IMG/VR virus record: IMGVR_UViG_3300042009_000023
Location: 1-64,000 of that record
Reading direction: 5' to 3' (one strand)
Length of the DNA stretch: 64,000 nt
Source: a virus
Taxonomy: Duplodnaviria; Caudoviricetes
Shown piece after piece: positions 19,575 to 28,036 of this stretch. The notes beneath the pieces were generated by a model. The model saw only the letters and a program-made list of their open reading frames with translations. It searched no databases and was not told the DNA's origin. Made by a program: the position numbers and the translations under genes. Numbering within the stretch: the stretch's first letter is position 1; each line of letters begins with the position of its first letter.

Positions 19575-19648
19575 GCCCTTATAGTATAGTGATATTACAG
19601 TAGATTTGTAACCTACATACGTTGGTTTGATTCCATCTAGGGGCACCA
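19575..19648 (+). tRNA. tRNA-Thr(UGU) with non-canonical features
   Basis: Acceptor stem GCCCTTA/TAGGGGC plus ACCA; anticodon loop TT-TGT-AA; T loop TTTGATT. Confidence 0.8.
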
Positions 19649-19657
19649 GTTTCACCC

Positions 19658-19894
19658 GACATCATCCAAGTCTAAATTCTTTTAAGATTGATGTCTTCTC
19701 CCGCTGTCTTTTCTCTCCTCTTCTCGACAGCAACTTAAGACCGTCCATTCCCTCTCCTGTGGACTGGTCTTGTGACCTTGATAGCGTGTAACGTACCTCT
19801 CCTTACGGTATAGGCTTAGTACAAGGTCAATTCTTAATCATTTTGTTATCCATTGATATTATTGCAAGTAGTCTTGCCAGAATGATTAAGAATT
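19658..19894 (+). ncRNA. candidate multi-hairpin RNA with three CTCTCCT loop motifs
   Basis: Five consecutive stem-loops; CTCTCCT at 19713, 19752 and 19797, each inside a hairpin. Confidence 0.55.
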
Positions 19895-19909
19895 CATTAT
19901 TTTAAATAG

Positions 19910-20341
19910 GTGCATACAATGGCTACCAAAAAACCTCAGACTCCAGCCCAGAAGGCAACCCGCTTCGACGGTGAAAAATCTAATAGAAACAAATCTGGTA
20001 ATTCCAGTACTCGCATCAATAAAAGTAAAATCAGTAAACTCCTTGACCAGCTCATGGAGCGTAAAGAACTCGCATTTGAAATCATTGATGACATCCTTGC
20101 AAATAAGGGTGATCGCACAGCAGACCAAAAGTCTACAGCTCAGTGGTTGGTAAACAGCATTGTTTCGGTAAGTAAAGCATGTACAGCTGAAGAACTTGGA
20201 TCTTTCAACGCCCGTCTTAAAGGGAAAAGGGATGATGAGCCCGAAGAACAAACTCCGGCTGAGATTGCTAAAGAGTTTAAGCCACGTTTGGTTCTAACTT
20301 ATAAAGATCCAAATGCTGTTCCAGAAGATGAAGATGAGTAA
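19910..20341 (+). CDS. probable terminase small subunit
   Basis: RFDGEKSNRNKSGN N-terminal motif, helical middle and acidic tail; first sizeable gene upstream of the terL block. Probable start is ATG 19919. Confidence 0.5.
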   Translation: MHTMATKKPQTPAQKATRFDGEKSNRNKSGNSSTRINKSKISKLLDQLMERKELAFEIIDDILANKGDRTADQKSTAQWLVNSIVSVSKACTAEELGSFNARLKGKRDDEPEEQTPAEIAKEFKPRLVLTYKDPNAVPEDEDE

Positions 20342-20399
20342 CAAGAAACCTGCACGAAATCACTACTGCTGATAGCGTGTTGAATTTATGTTATTGGAA

Positions 20400-20812
20400 A
20401 GAATTTGAGGTTGGATAGTAGGTCCGTATTAATTGTTAGCTTACGTTACTTATTACCAAATCCTCAAACCTAACGTATGCCTCGGCCTGCGTATCTGAGA
20501 ACTTTGCCTAGTTCATTCAGAAAGCTAATCTGGCGGTTAGCTGCAATATCTTATGTCTGCGTAAGAAACAGACCGGTTGACCCTCGTTACTGTGTCGTGT
20601 GGTGAAGCCCTTTGAAATCTTTGCAGAGGGAGAGCTTAGTTTCCGGGTAGCGTGGGAGAACTAACACCTATTTTATACACAATTATATTTCTTAGTACAA
20701 TAGAAATTGATTGAGCTGAGTGGTACGAATTACCTACCACGTATACAATTTCCCTTTGTAACAATAACAATAAGGTTCTTCTAATGAAAGAGCCATCTCT
20801 TTAAAGGGAGAT
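20400..20812 (+). ncRNA. ORF-free, densely structured region (candidate ncRNA or long 5' leader)
   Basis: At least eight inverted repeats, for example TTTGAGG..CCTCAAA, TCTGA-GAACT..AGTTC-TCAGA, AGCTAA..TTAGCT, GTCTG..CAGAC, CCCTTTG..CAGAGGG, GTGGTA..TACCAC. Confidence 0.45.
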
Positions 20813-20818
20813 AGCAAT

Positions 20819-21898
20819 ATGGCGATAACAAGAGTAGATGTTGTAGTACCAAAAGGAGTTTGGACAAACCTCTACACAGCTTCTGGTATTACTGTCGGTA
20901 CACAAGTAGAAGTGCATAACAAAAGCACTTCATTCTGTAAAATTGCTACCTCAGCATTAGCTCCAACAACAGTGGATGGTTATCACCTCTCTGCATTTCC
21001 TGAGGCAGATCCACTAGAAATTGCCCCCGGTGAGGTTGGGTTGTGGGCTTACTCTCCTAACTCTACTGCAACTCTTTTAGTCCAAGAGAAAGCCCTCGAA
21101 AAGAGTAGCAATGGCTCCCTGTGGACTACAAACGTTCACCCTAAAGGCATGGATTTTTATACAGCTGTGGGATTGGGTCTTGTCCCCGGTGTTCGTAGGG
21201 TCACTGGTCTAGGTAGCAACCCGGATGTTGACCAAGCTTCACTACCGGAAGATGTGTGGTCTGTTGGCGGGCTTTATCCATGGATGACAGCAGCTACGAG
21301 TCTTGAAGTAGTATCCACCAGTACTAGTGACGCAGCAGCCGGTGTAGGCGCTAGAACAATCACTATCTTTGGTCTTGATATCAACTATGTCGAAGTTAAC
21401 CAAAGCATTACACTGAATGGCACAACGCCTGTTGCAGTTCCTCTTCAGTTGTTTCGAATTAATTCGATACTAATTATGAGTGCAGGCACTACCAAGGTTA
21501 ACGTAGGGGATATCAACGTTCGTGACGCTGGTGGTGGTACAATCAGAGGACAGATTCCAGCAGGGTTTGGATTGGCAAGGCAGGCTATTTATACAGTTCC
21601 AGCAGGGCACACCCTAAGCGTCCACTCAATACTATTCGCCCAGACAAGATCAGGCGGTGTGGATAGGACTGTTACTATGGCTACGGTCTTCCAGTCCCCA
21701 CTAGGTTTCTATAGAATACCTCTTGAAGTTGCTGTTAGTCAGGTCACACCTTACCGACATGAGGGAGACCCCGGAATTATCGTGGCAGAGAAAACAGATT
21801 TTGCTATTAGGGTGTTGTCTGCATCAACTAACGACACCAGCGTTACGGCAGCCTTTCTTGGCACGATGTATTCTGCTGCAACATTAGCGTTAGTTTGA
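20819..21898 (+). CDS. two-domain beta-rich putative virion accessory protein
   Basis: N-terminal ~90 aa is paralogous to the next two ORFs; the C-terminal domain is Thr/Val/Gly-rich. Confidence 0.6.
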   Translation: MAITRVDVVVPKGVWTNLYTASGITVGTQVEVHNKSTSFCKIATSALAPTTVDGYHLSAFPEADPLEIAPGEVGLWAYSPNSTATLLVQEKALEKSSNGSLWTTNVHPKGMDFYTAVGLGLVPGVRRVTGLGSNPDVDQASLPEDVWSVGGLYPWMTAATSLEVVSTSTSDAAAGVGARTITIFGLDINYVEVNQSITLNGTTPVAVPLQLFRINSILIMSAGTTKVNVGDINVRDAGGGTIRGQIPAGFGLARQAIYTVPAGHTLSVHSILFAQTRSGGVDRTVTMATVFQSPLGFYRIPLEVAVSQVTPYRHEGDPGIIVAEKTDFAIRVLSASTNDTSVTAAFLGTMYSAATLALV

Positions 21899-21899
21899 G

Positions 21900-22190
21900 G
21901 TGTCTATGGAAAATGTAATAGTAATTTCTGGGGATACAAAAGAAGACGTAATTCTTTCCGGATTGGAGTGGGAGAATGCCTATGAGCTTTCAGCCATTAC
22001 TCCCGGTACTGCGATCACTATTCAAAACAAAACTACAGACTATCTCTATGTGTTTGTTAAGTCTGAAAAACCTCCGGTTGAAATTAGTGATGGTATTAAG
22101 ATAGCAGTCGGGCAGTCTGCTCAAGTAGCAGCATCCCAATCAGGATGTTGGCTGAGTGGATATGGTAGAGTGAATATTAGAGTTACGTAG
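21900..22190 (+). CDS. single-domain paralogue of the 20819 N-terminus
   Basis: W.NAY.LSAI.PGT.ITIQNK. Confidence 0.65.
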   Translation: MSMENVIVISGDTKEDVILSGLEWENAYELSAITPGTAITIQNKTTDYLYVFVKSEKPPVEISDGIKIAVGQSAQVAASQSGCWLSGYGRVNIRVT

Positions 22191-22254
22191 TTGCTTTATA
22201 GATAACTCTCACTGGAGTTGTTGATATATTTAAATCTAGATGGGAGAAACACTA

Positions 22255-22521
22255 ATGGCTGATACAATTAATGATGTAGTTTTGGCTGGTGCAGATTGGC
22301 AAGATGGTTATGCCCTTTCTGGTATTGCTGGTGGTACTAGTGTTCAAATTCAGAATAAGACTTCTGGAAGAGTGTTTATCTATTTCAAAGCTACCAAACC
22401 AACTGCTGATTTTGGTAATGGGTTGGTTCTAGACAGCTATGGTCTTTACACTGTTCCAGCAAGTGTAAGTGGTCTGTGGTTGTTTGGTGATGGTCCTGTC
22501 CATATCCGTAACCCAGCGTAA
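22255..22521 (+). CDS. single-domain paralogue of the 20819 N-terminus
   Basis: W.DGY.LSGI.GGT.VQIQNK; GGGAGA RBS before ATG 22255. Confidence 0.65.
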   Translation: MADTINDVVLAGADWQDGYALSGIAGGTSVQIQNKTSGRVFIYFKATKPTADFGNGLVLDSYGLYTVPASVSGLWLFGDGPVHIRNPA

Positions 22522-22532
22522 GTTGTTTTACA

Positions 22533-22631
22533 AAGCCACTTTGAAATATAAGTGGCTTCAATAAGACAATTGAAAATAGTTTAAATTAATTATCCAAACA
22601 CTTGACAAATAGCGCTCCTATAGCGTAATAT
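22533..22631 (+). terminator. terminator-like hairpin (22533-22558) followed by a sigma70 promoter (22602-22631)
   Basis: AAGCCACTT..AAGTGGCTT; TTGACA-18 nt-TAATAT. Confidence 0.55.
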
Positions 22632-22661
22632 CTCTTTTATGAACTTAGGAGAGAAACCAAA

Positions 22662-22994
22662 TTGAATAAATATAAGCTGTTGATTACGAGTCAAGACTTC
22701 CATGGCGTTAACTTCATTGAGAATATTGCAAAGTATTCTATGAAGGGTGCTGTGATTGATAAGACTGTCCATTTGTTTAATGATTACCCACATAGCTGCG
22801 TGATGCTTATTGAGACTGAAGAGTTTCTTAAGAGCGAGCCTAGTGTTGAAGTGGTGATTGTTAAGGAAGAGTGGACGAAGGAATCTCTTGAGGCGATGGA
22901 TTGGGATACTCTGAGAGCCACTTGTAAGACTCGTGGGATTACTGGTAGGGATCGTGATCAGATTATTCGTAAGTTTTTGGAAGTAGAAGTTTAA
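22662..22994 (+). CDS. hypothetical protein with a C-terminal HeH/Rho-N-like helical motif
   Basis: WTKESLEAMDWDTLRATCKTRGITGRDRDQII. Confidence 0.55.
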   Translation: MNKYKLLITSQDFHGVNFIENIAKYSMKGAVIDKTVHLFNDYPHSCVMLIETEEFLKSEPSVEVVIVKEEWTKESLEAMDWDTLRATCKTRGITGRDRDQIIRKFLEVEV

Positions 22995-23004
22995 GTAACA
23001 CAAT

Positions 23005-23087
23005 GAGAGCGAAAAGGCTGGCCAGCCCTGACGATTGCCGATACAATCGTATAGCTTTCACCTAATTAAATCTTATCGGAGATACGA
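23005..23087 (+). promoter_or_regulatory. structured 5' leader with a possible pseudoknot covering the RBS
   Basis: Stems GAGAGC/GCTTTC, GGCT/AGCC and ACGATTG/CAATCGT; loop CCGATA is complementary to TATCGG at 23074-23079, which overlaps GGAG. Confidence 0.5.
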
Positions 23088-23093
23088 AGTTAT

Positions 23094-24605
23094 ATGGCTC
23101 GCATTAGAAAAATTTTAGATCTAATTGGTACTCGCGTTGGTAGGTTGGTCGTAGTTAATGCGGCTCCAGATAGGGTCCGTGTAAGAAAAGATAGCTCTAA
23201 TTCTATAAGAGCTTATTGGAACTGCTTGTGCGACTGTGGAAATTCCATTGAAGTAAGGCAGGATGCTATCCTATCTGCAAAAAGCAATAGCTGTGGATGT
23301 CTTCGTGATGAACGAGCTAAGACAAACATTAAGGCGGCACTAGCTAACTATAAGCCAAAACCAGCTCAGGACTTGACTGGTAAGAAGTTCGGAAGACTTA
23401 CTGCAATCAATGAAGCGGAGAGAAGTGTAACTCCAAAAGGTAGAACACTAATCCGTTGGAATTGTTTATGTACTTGCGGAGTAGTTAGAGATTATCAATC
23501 GGACCAATTGCGTGCAGGCAAGTCAACATCTTGTGGGTGCATTCTTCCAGAATTTGTAAACTCTCTTTTCAACTCACAAGGTGAGATTTTTAAATACAAA
23601 GCTTCTTTAGTTCACGGGGATAAATATGATTATCAACTGGTTGAGTATAAGCACAGCCAAGAAGATATCTATATTGTTTGCAGAGACCACGGGAGCTTTA
23701 GACAAAATCCATCCAACCATTTACAAGGTCACGGATGCCCCCGTTGTTCTGGTGTGAGGGGTAATGACTACGATTTAACTTTGACGAAGTTAATTTGTGA
23801 TATCCACCAAGAGGAATTCTACTCCAGCTCAAAATGTAGTAAATGCATAGAAGCAAAGTTGGAATATGAGAATAAGAGTTTTGCTGAAAAGGCAATAGAA
23901 GTACACGGATTAAAATACGATTACAGTAATAGTGTATTTACTGGATACTGTAGTGATATTACAATTCTGTGCCATGAACATGGGGAATTTACACAGAAAG
24001 CAAATTTGCACCTCAATGGGAATAATTGCCTAAAATGTAGTATTGAAGACCGCAAACTTGGATACGATGGTTTTGTAGAAAAATCTGTATTAAAACATGG
24101 AGACAGGTATGACTATTCTAAAGCTGTTTATAGCCATATAAATATACCTGTTGAAATAATTTGTGCCTCTCATGGATCATTTTGGCAAAAACCTAGTGTA
24201 CATTTTAATGGATCTAATTGTCCAAAATGTTCAATAGAAGTTAGGTCAGAAAAACAACATTGGAATTATCTTGAAAGGTGTAGATTAAACCCTGAAATGG
24301 GAGAAGCTATTGGGTGCATTTACTTATTAAAAATGACTCATGAAGACGAATCTTTTCTTAAGCTAGGTATCAGCTCTAGTCATAAAAAGAGATTAGCCAG
24401 ATACCGAGAAGAAAATATTGATTTTGAAGTTATCACACTAAAAGAGATGAAAAACGTAGCGGCAGCTATACTCGAAAGAGATATATTAGCAGCTATTAAA
24501 CAGGCCGGACTTAAATACCTACCTCAAGTTGAGTTTAAAGGTTATACCGAGTGTTCGACACTAGAAGCCGAGGACTTTATTTTAGAAAGGATTTATGATG
24601 GCTGA
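23094..24605 (+). CDS. large modular homing-endonuclease-like protein (CxCxCG repeats, DUF723-like repeats, C-terminal GIY-YIG-like domain)
   Basis: 2x GRL...WNCLC.CG...SCGC; 3x HG.KYDY...C..HG.F.Q....H..G..C..C; then CIYLLK...FLKLGIS...RLARY. Confidence 0.7.
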   Translation: MARIRKILDLIGTRVGRLVVVNAAPDRVRVRKDSSNSIRAYWNCLCDCGNSIEVRQDAILSAKSNSCGCLRDERAKTNIKAALANYKPKPAQDLTGKKFGRLTAINEAERSVTPKGRTLIRWNCLCTCGVVRDYQSDQLRAGKSTSCGCILPEFVNSLFNSQGEIFKYKASLVHGDKYDYQLVEYKHSQEDIYIVCRDHGSFRQNPSNHLQGHGCPRCSGVRGNDYDLTLTKLICDIHQEEFYSSSKCSKCIEAKLEYENKSFAEKAIEVHGLKYDYSNSVFTGYCSDITILCHEHGEFTQKANLHLNGNNCLKCSIEDRKLGYDGFVEKSVLKHGDRYDYSKAVYSHINIPVEIICASHGSFWQKPSVHFNGSNCPKCSIEVRSEKQHWNYLERCRLNPEMGEAIGCIYLLKMTHEDESFLKLGISSSHKKRLARYREENIDFEVITLKEMKNVAAAILERDILAAIKQAGLKYLPQVEFKGYTECSTLEAEDFILERIYDG

Positions 24606-26031
24606 AGAAAAAGGAAAATCCCTGCCGGGGCCGATTAGTGAACGTCAACATATGTACGTCACAGCCCCGGTGGACGTGACCCTCTATGGCGGGGCAGCAG
24701 GTTCTGGTAAATCGGAAATCGGCGTAATTGATTTCTTGAAGTATACAGACATTCCAAATTTTATTGGGGTAATGACCAGACGGAATACCCCACAGCTCAC
24801 CGGCCCCGGTGGCCTACTAACTAAGTGTAAGCGGATATTTGCTCAAGCATATGGTCCTGATGAATTCACTTGGAGAGCGAAGGACGGAAAGTTTTTGTTC
24901 CACAAGAGCGGAGCTGAAATTTATTTAAAACACTTTGAAAATGATCAAAGTGATGTCTCATGGCAAGGTGCCGAGGCAAATCTTTTCTACGTAGACGAAG
25001 GTACGCAGTTCACACAACACATGATCCAATACATCATGTCTCGTATGCGTAACCCATCTTGCCCAGAAGTAAAACCCCACCTAAAGATTACTTGCAACCC
25101 AGACGCAGATCATTTTTTGAGGAAATGGGTAGAGCCTTACTTGCATGAAGATGGTACTCCAGATCGAAGTAGGGATGGTGTTGTAAGATATTTCTCCTTC
25201 CAAGATGGTGACTTTGTTTGGGGAGACTCGATTGAGGCTCTTGTTGAGAACCACGGTATAGCGGAAGAGGATGCTCTGTCATTCACTTTTATTAGTGCTA
25301 ACGTAGATGATAATCCAATTGTAAAGCGAGTTAACCCAAAGTATGTTTCGTGGCTTAAGGGTCTCAAAGGCACTGAAAAAGCCAGATTGCTTTTTGGGAA
25401 CTGGTATGTACGAGATTCTGGTAGCGGGTTCTTCAAGCGCGACTGGCTGATCCCGGTGAAAATGTTTGAACAAGAGATTGTATCCCGTTGTAGGGCGTGG
25501 GATATCGCTGGCACTATGCCATCAGATGCTAACCCAAATCCTGACGCCACTTGCGGAGTTTTAATTGCTAAGACTAAACAAGGGCAATACATCATTGAAG
25601 ATGTTATAAAATTTAGGGCTCGGTATGGTGAGGTTATGAAGACTATCATCAAGACAGCTCAGACAGATCCAGAAGAGACTCAGATTATACTACCTCAAGA
25701 GCCCGGTCAAGCCGGAATTGCAGCCGGTAAGATGATGATCAAAGAGTTGATTGAGGAAGGTTTTAGCGCCCGCATGAGACCAACTAACAAATCTAAGGTG
25801 GTTCGTTTTCAGCCTTTTGCTGCTGCTGCTGAAGCTGGTCTTGTTTCTTATGTTGAAGGTCCGTGGAACGAAGCTTATTTCCATGAGCTAGAGGCTTTTG
25901 ATGGTAGTCGTAATGTAAAAGATGACCAAGTGGATAGTACTTCGGACTCTTTCATAACCTTAGCCCAGAAACTCAATATCCCTCTATTCTCCATGCCCAG
26001 CATGACAAAATCCAACGAATTCAGCTTTTAA
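24598..26031 (+). CDS. terL: terminase large subunit
   Basis: YGGAAGSGKS (Walker A), FYVDEGT (Walker B), RAWDIA and DDQVD nuclease motifs. Confidence 0.95.
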   Translation: MAEEKGKSLPGPISERQHMYVTAPVDVTLYGGAAGSGKSEIGVIDFLKYTDIPNFIGVMTRRNTPQLTGPGGLLTKCKRIFAQAYGPDEFTWRAKDGKFLFHKSGAEIYLKHFENDQSDVSWQGAEANLFYVDEGTQFTQHMIQYIMSRMRNPSCPEVKPHLKITCNPDADHFLRKWVEPYLHEDGTPDRSRDGVVRYFSFQDGDFVWGDSIEALVENHGIAEEDALSFTFISANVDDNPIVKRVNPKYVSWLKGLKGTEKARLLFGNWYVRDSGSGFFKRDWLIPVKMFEQEIVSRCRAWDIAGTMPSDANPNPDATCGVLIAKTKQGQYIIEDVIKFRARYGEVMKTIIKTAQTDPEETQIILPQEPGQAGIAAGKMMIKELIEEGFSARMRPTNKSKVVRFQPFAAAAEAGLVSYVEGPWNEAYFHELEAFDGSRNVKDDQVDSTSDSFITLAQKLNIPLFSMPSMTKSNEFSF

Positions 26032-26054
26032 ACAATTAAGCCTTAAGGAATAAC

Positions 26055-27530
26055 ATGGCAGAAAATGACAATTTAAATCTCTCTGCCGGTGATAACCCTG
26101 CCTTAAGAATTAAGATGGGAGAAACTGGCTGGGTTGGTTTGCGTGAGTTCGATGGCATCATTCTTGAAGAGATGCGAAAGGATTTGCAATGGCCTCGTGC
26201 CAACCGCACCTACCAAGAAATGGGCGAAGATGCAACAATTGCTTCTGCTCTCTCCTTGTTCTCTATGATGATTAGCCGAGTTAAATGGAAAGTAGTTCCT
26301 CCAGTTGATGCTACTGAAGATGACCTAAAGAAAGTTAAGTTCCTCGAACAATGTATGGATGATATGGATCATAGTTGGTTCTCCTTTATTAAGGAAGTGA
26401 CCAGTATGTTCACATACGGATATGCGATTCAAGAAAAGATTTATCGTCGTCGTCGTCCAAGTACAGGAAGTCGCTTTGATGATGGCTTGGTTGGTATTGC
26501 TAAACTAGCCACTCGCTCTCAGACCACTATTTATCGTTGGTTGTTTGATGATTCTGGTCGTAACCTTAATGGTGTTGTACAGGATACAAGCTTCCTAGTT
26601 GATGGTTATCGCTTAGCCAACAGTAAAGAGTACGGTGGACAGATTGACATTGAACGTAAGAAGTTTCTTCTTTTCCGAACAGATGTTAGTCGAGATAACC
26701 CACAAGGTCGCTCCCCTCTAAGTAAAGTTTATAAAGCATGGCGCTATCGTAAGCAGATTGAAGAATCAGAAGCTGTTGGTATCACTCGTGGTTTGGGCGG
26801 TATCCCTCGTTTTGATATTCCTGCTGACTACCTTAAGTCTGATGCTACAGCAGATCAACTTGCAACTGTAGAAGCCTTTAAGAATATTGGTCGTAACCTT
26901 CAAAACAACGAACAAGCTTGCATCATCATGCCTAAGTTTTATGATGATCAAAACAATAGCTTGTTTGACTTTGAATTGATTGGCCCACCTAACGCCTCCC
27001 AATACGATACTGATAAAGCAATCACTCGTTGGGATAACAAGATTCTTCAAGCATTGTTTGCCGATATCTTGCAGATGGGCAACTCTAAAGGTGGCTCTTT
27101 CAACCTTGCAGACTCTAAGTCCTCTATTGTACATATGGCAGTTGAAAGTTATCTGAAAGAGATTCAAGACCCTCTTAACAATGATCTTATCCCACAACTG
27201 TTTTTGCTAAATGGCTGGTCGTTAGATCGTCTTCCTAAGTTTGAATATGATCAGATTAAAGAAGAAGATTTGGATGTTCTTTCTAAGTACTTACAACGCG
27301 CTGCATCGGTTGGTTTGATTGCGGTTACTCCTGAAAACATTAACCAAGTTGCTGATTGGGTTGGCTTGCCTACACGTCACGATTCTGGAATGGATACTGA
27401 GGAACTTCGTACTAAGCTAACTGGATATGAATCTGGCGCTGCTGAAGGAATGACCTCAGCAGGTGAAGGGACAAGTAAAAGCCCAATGGGATCAGACGAT
27501 GCTTCAGTAGGGAATTCGGAGAATACATGA
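26055..27530 (+). CDS. portal protein
   Basis: Directly after terL, 491 aa; NPQGRSPL..VY..W and GGSFNLAD motifs. Confidence 0.9.
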   Translation: MAENDNLNLSAGDNPALRIKMGETGWVGLREFDGIILEEMRKDLQWPRANRTYQEMGEDATIASALSLFSMMISRVKWKVVPPVDATEDDLKKVKFLEQCMDDMDHSWFSFIKEVTSMFTYGYAIQEKIYRRRRPSTGSRFDDGLVGIAKLATRSQTTIYRWLFDDSGRNLNGVVQDTSFLVDGYRLANSKEYGGQIDIERKKFLLFRTDVSRDNPQGRSPLSKVYKAWRYRKQIEESEAVGITRGLGGIPRFDIPADYLKSDATADQLATVEAFKNIGRNLQNNEQACIIMPKFYDDQNNSLFDFELIGPPNASQYDTDKAITRWDNKILQALFADILQMGNSKGGSFNLADSKSSIVHMAVESYLKEIQDPLNNDLIPQLFLLNGWSLDRLPKFEYDQIKEEDLDVLSKYLQRAASVGLIAVTPENINQVADWVGLPTRHDSGMDTEELRTKLTGYESGAAEGMTSAGEGTSKSPMGSDDASVGNSENT

Positions 27531-28036
27531 GTATTGAAACAGAAGAAGTTAAGAAAAGTATTCTTGAAGGGTTCTCTGAATTCATTGAGAAATACTTTGG
27601 AGCCACTACTGATAGTGCTCCTGTAGTTGAAGAACTAGATGAAGAGATGGTGTCCTACGAAGTTGTCTATGAGCCTCTGATTAAAGATGCTCATGGGGAA
27701 TGGATGTCTGAATCTACTATAGCTGAAGCTTGTGATAACTTCAATCAGAACCTTGAGAAAGGGGTTGTTACTCCTAACCTTTTCCACATGGAAGAAACCG
27801 ATGCATTCACCATTGAGTCCACTTGGGTTCAAAAGGAATTGGATGTAAAAGTTATTCAAACTGGTGAAGTTATTAAGGCTGGCACTTGGGTCGCTAAGAT
27901 TAAATACCACAGTGAGGATCTTTGGAACCTCAAGAAATCTGGTGTTATTGGTGGCGTTTCCATTGGTGGACGTGGGGTTATTAACCAAAAGACTGGTGAA
28001 ATTACTAACGTCACCTTTGATGGAGAAGACAATTGA
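27527..28036 (+). CDS. prohead protease (XkdF-like)
   Basis: VYEP..KDAHGEW, NLFH, ESTW, GVSIGG. Confidence 0.8.
   Translation: MSIETEEVKKSILEGFSEFIEKYFGATTDSAPVVEELDEEMVSYEVVYEPLIKDAHGEWMSESTIAEACDNFNQNLEKGVVTPNLFHMEETDAFTIESTWVQKELDVKVIQTGEVIKAGTWVAKIKYHSEDLWNLKKSGVIGGVSIGGRGVINQKTGEITNVTFDGEDN

Noticed and set aside
23005-23060. Hammerhead ribozyme (GAAA and CTGACGA present)
   Set aside because: Only one hairpin lies between GAAA and CUGANGA, and no GAAA follows the next stem, so no type I, II or III topology can be built.
24595-26031. Intron or intein in terL (also checked nrdA, nrdB, thyX, capsid)
   Set aside because: Continuous ORFs of normal length; no intein C...HN ends or group I core seen.
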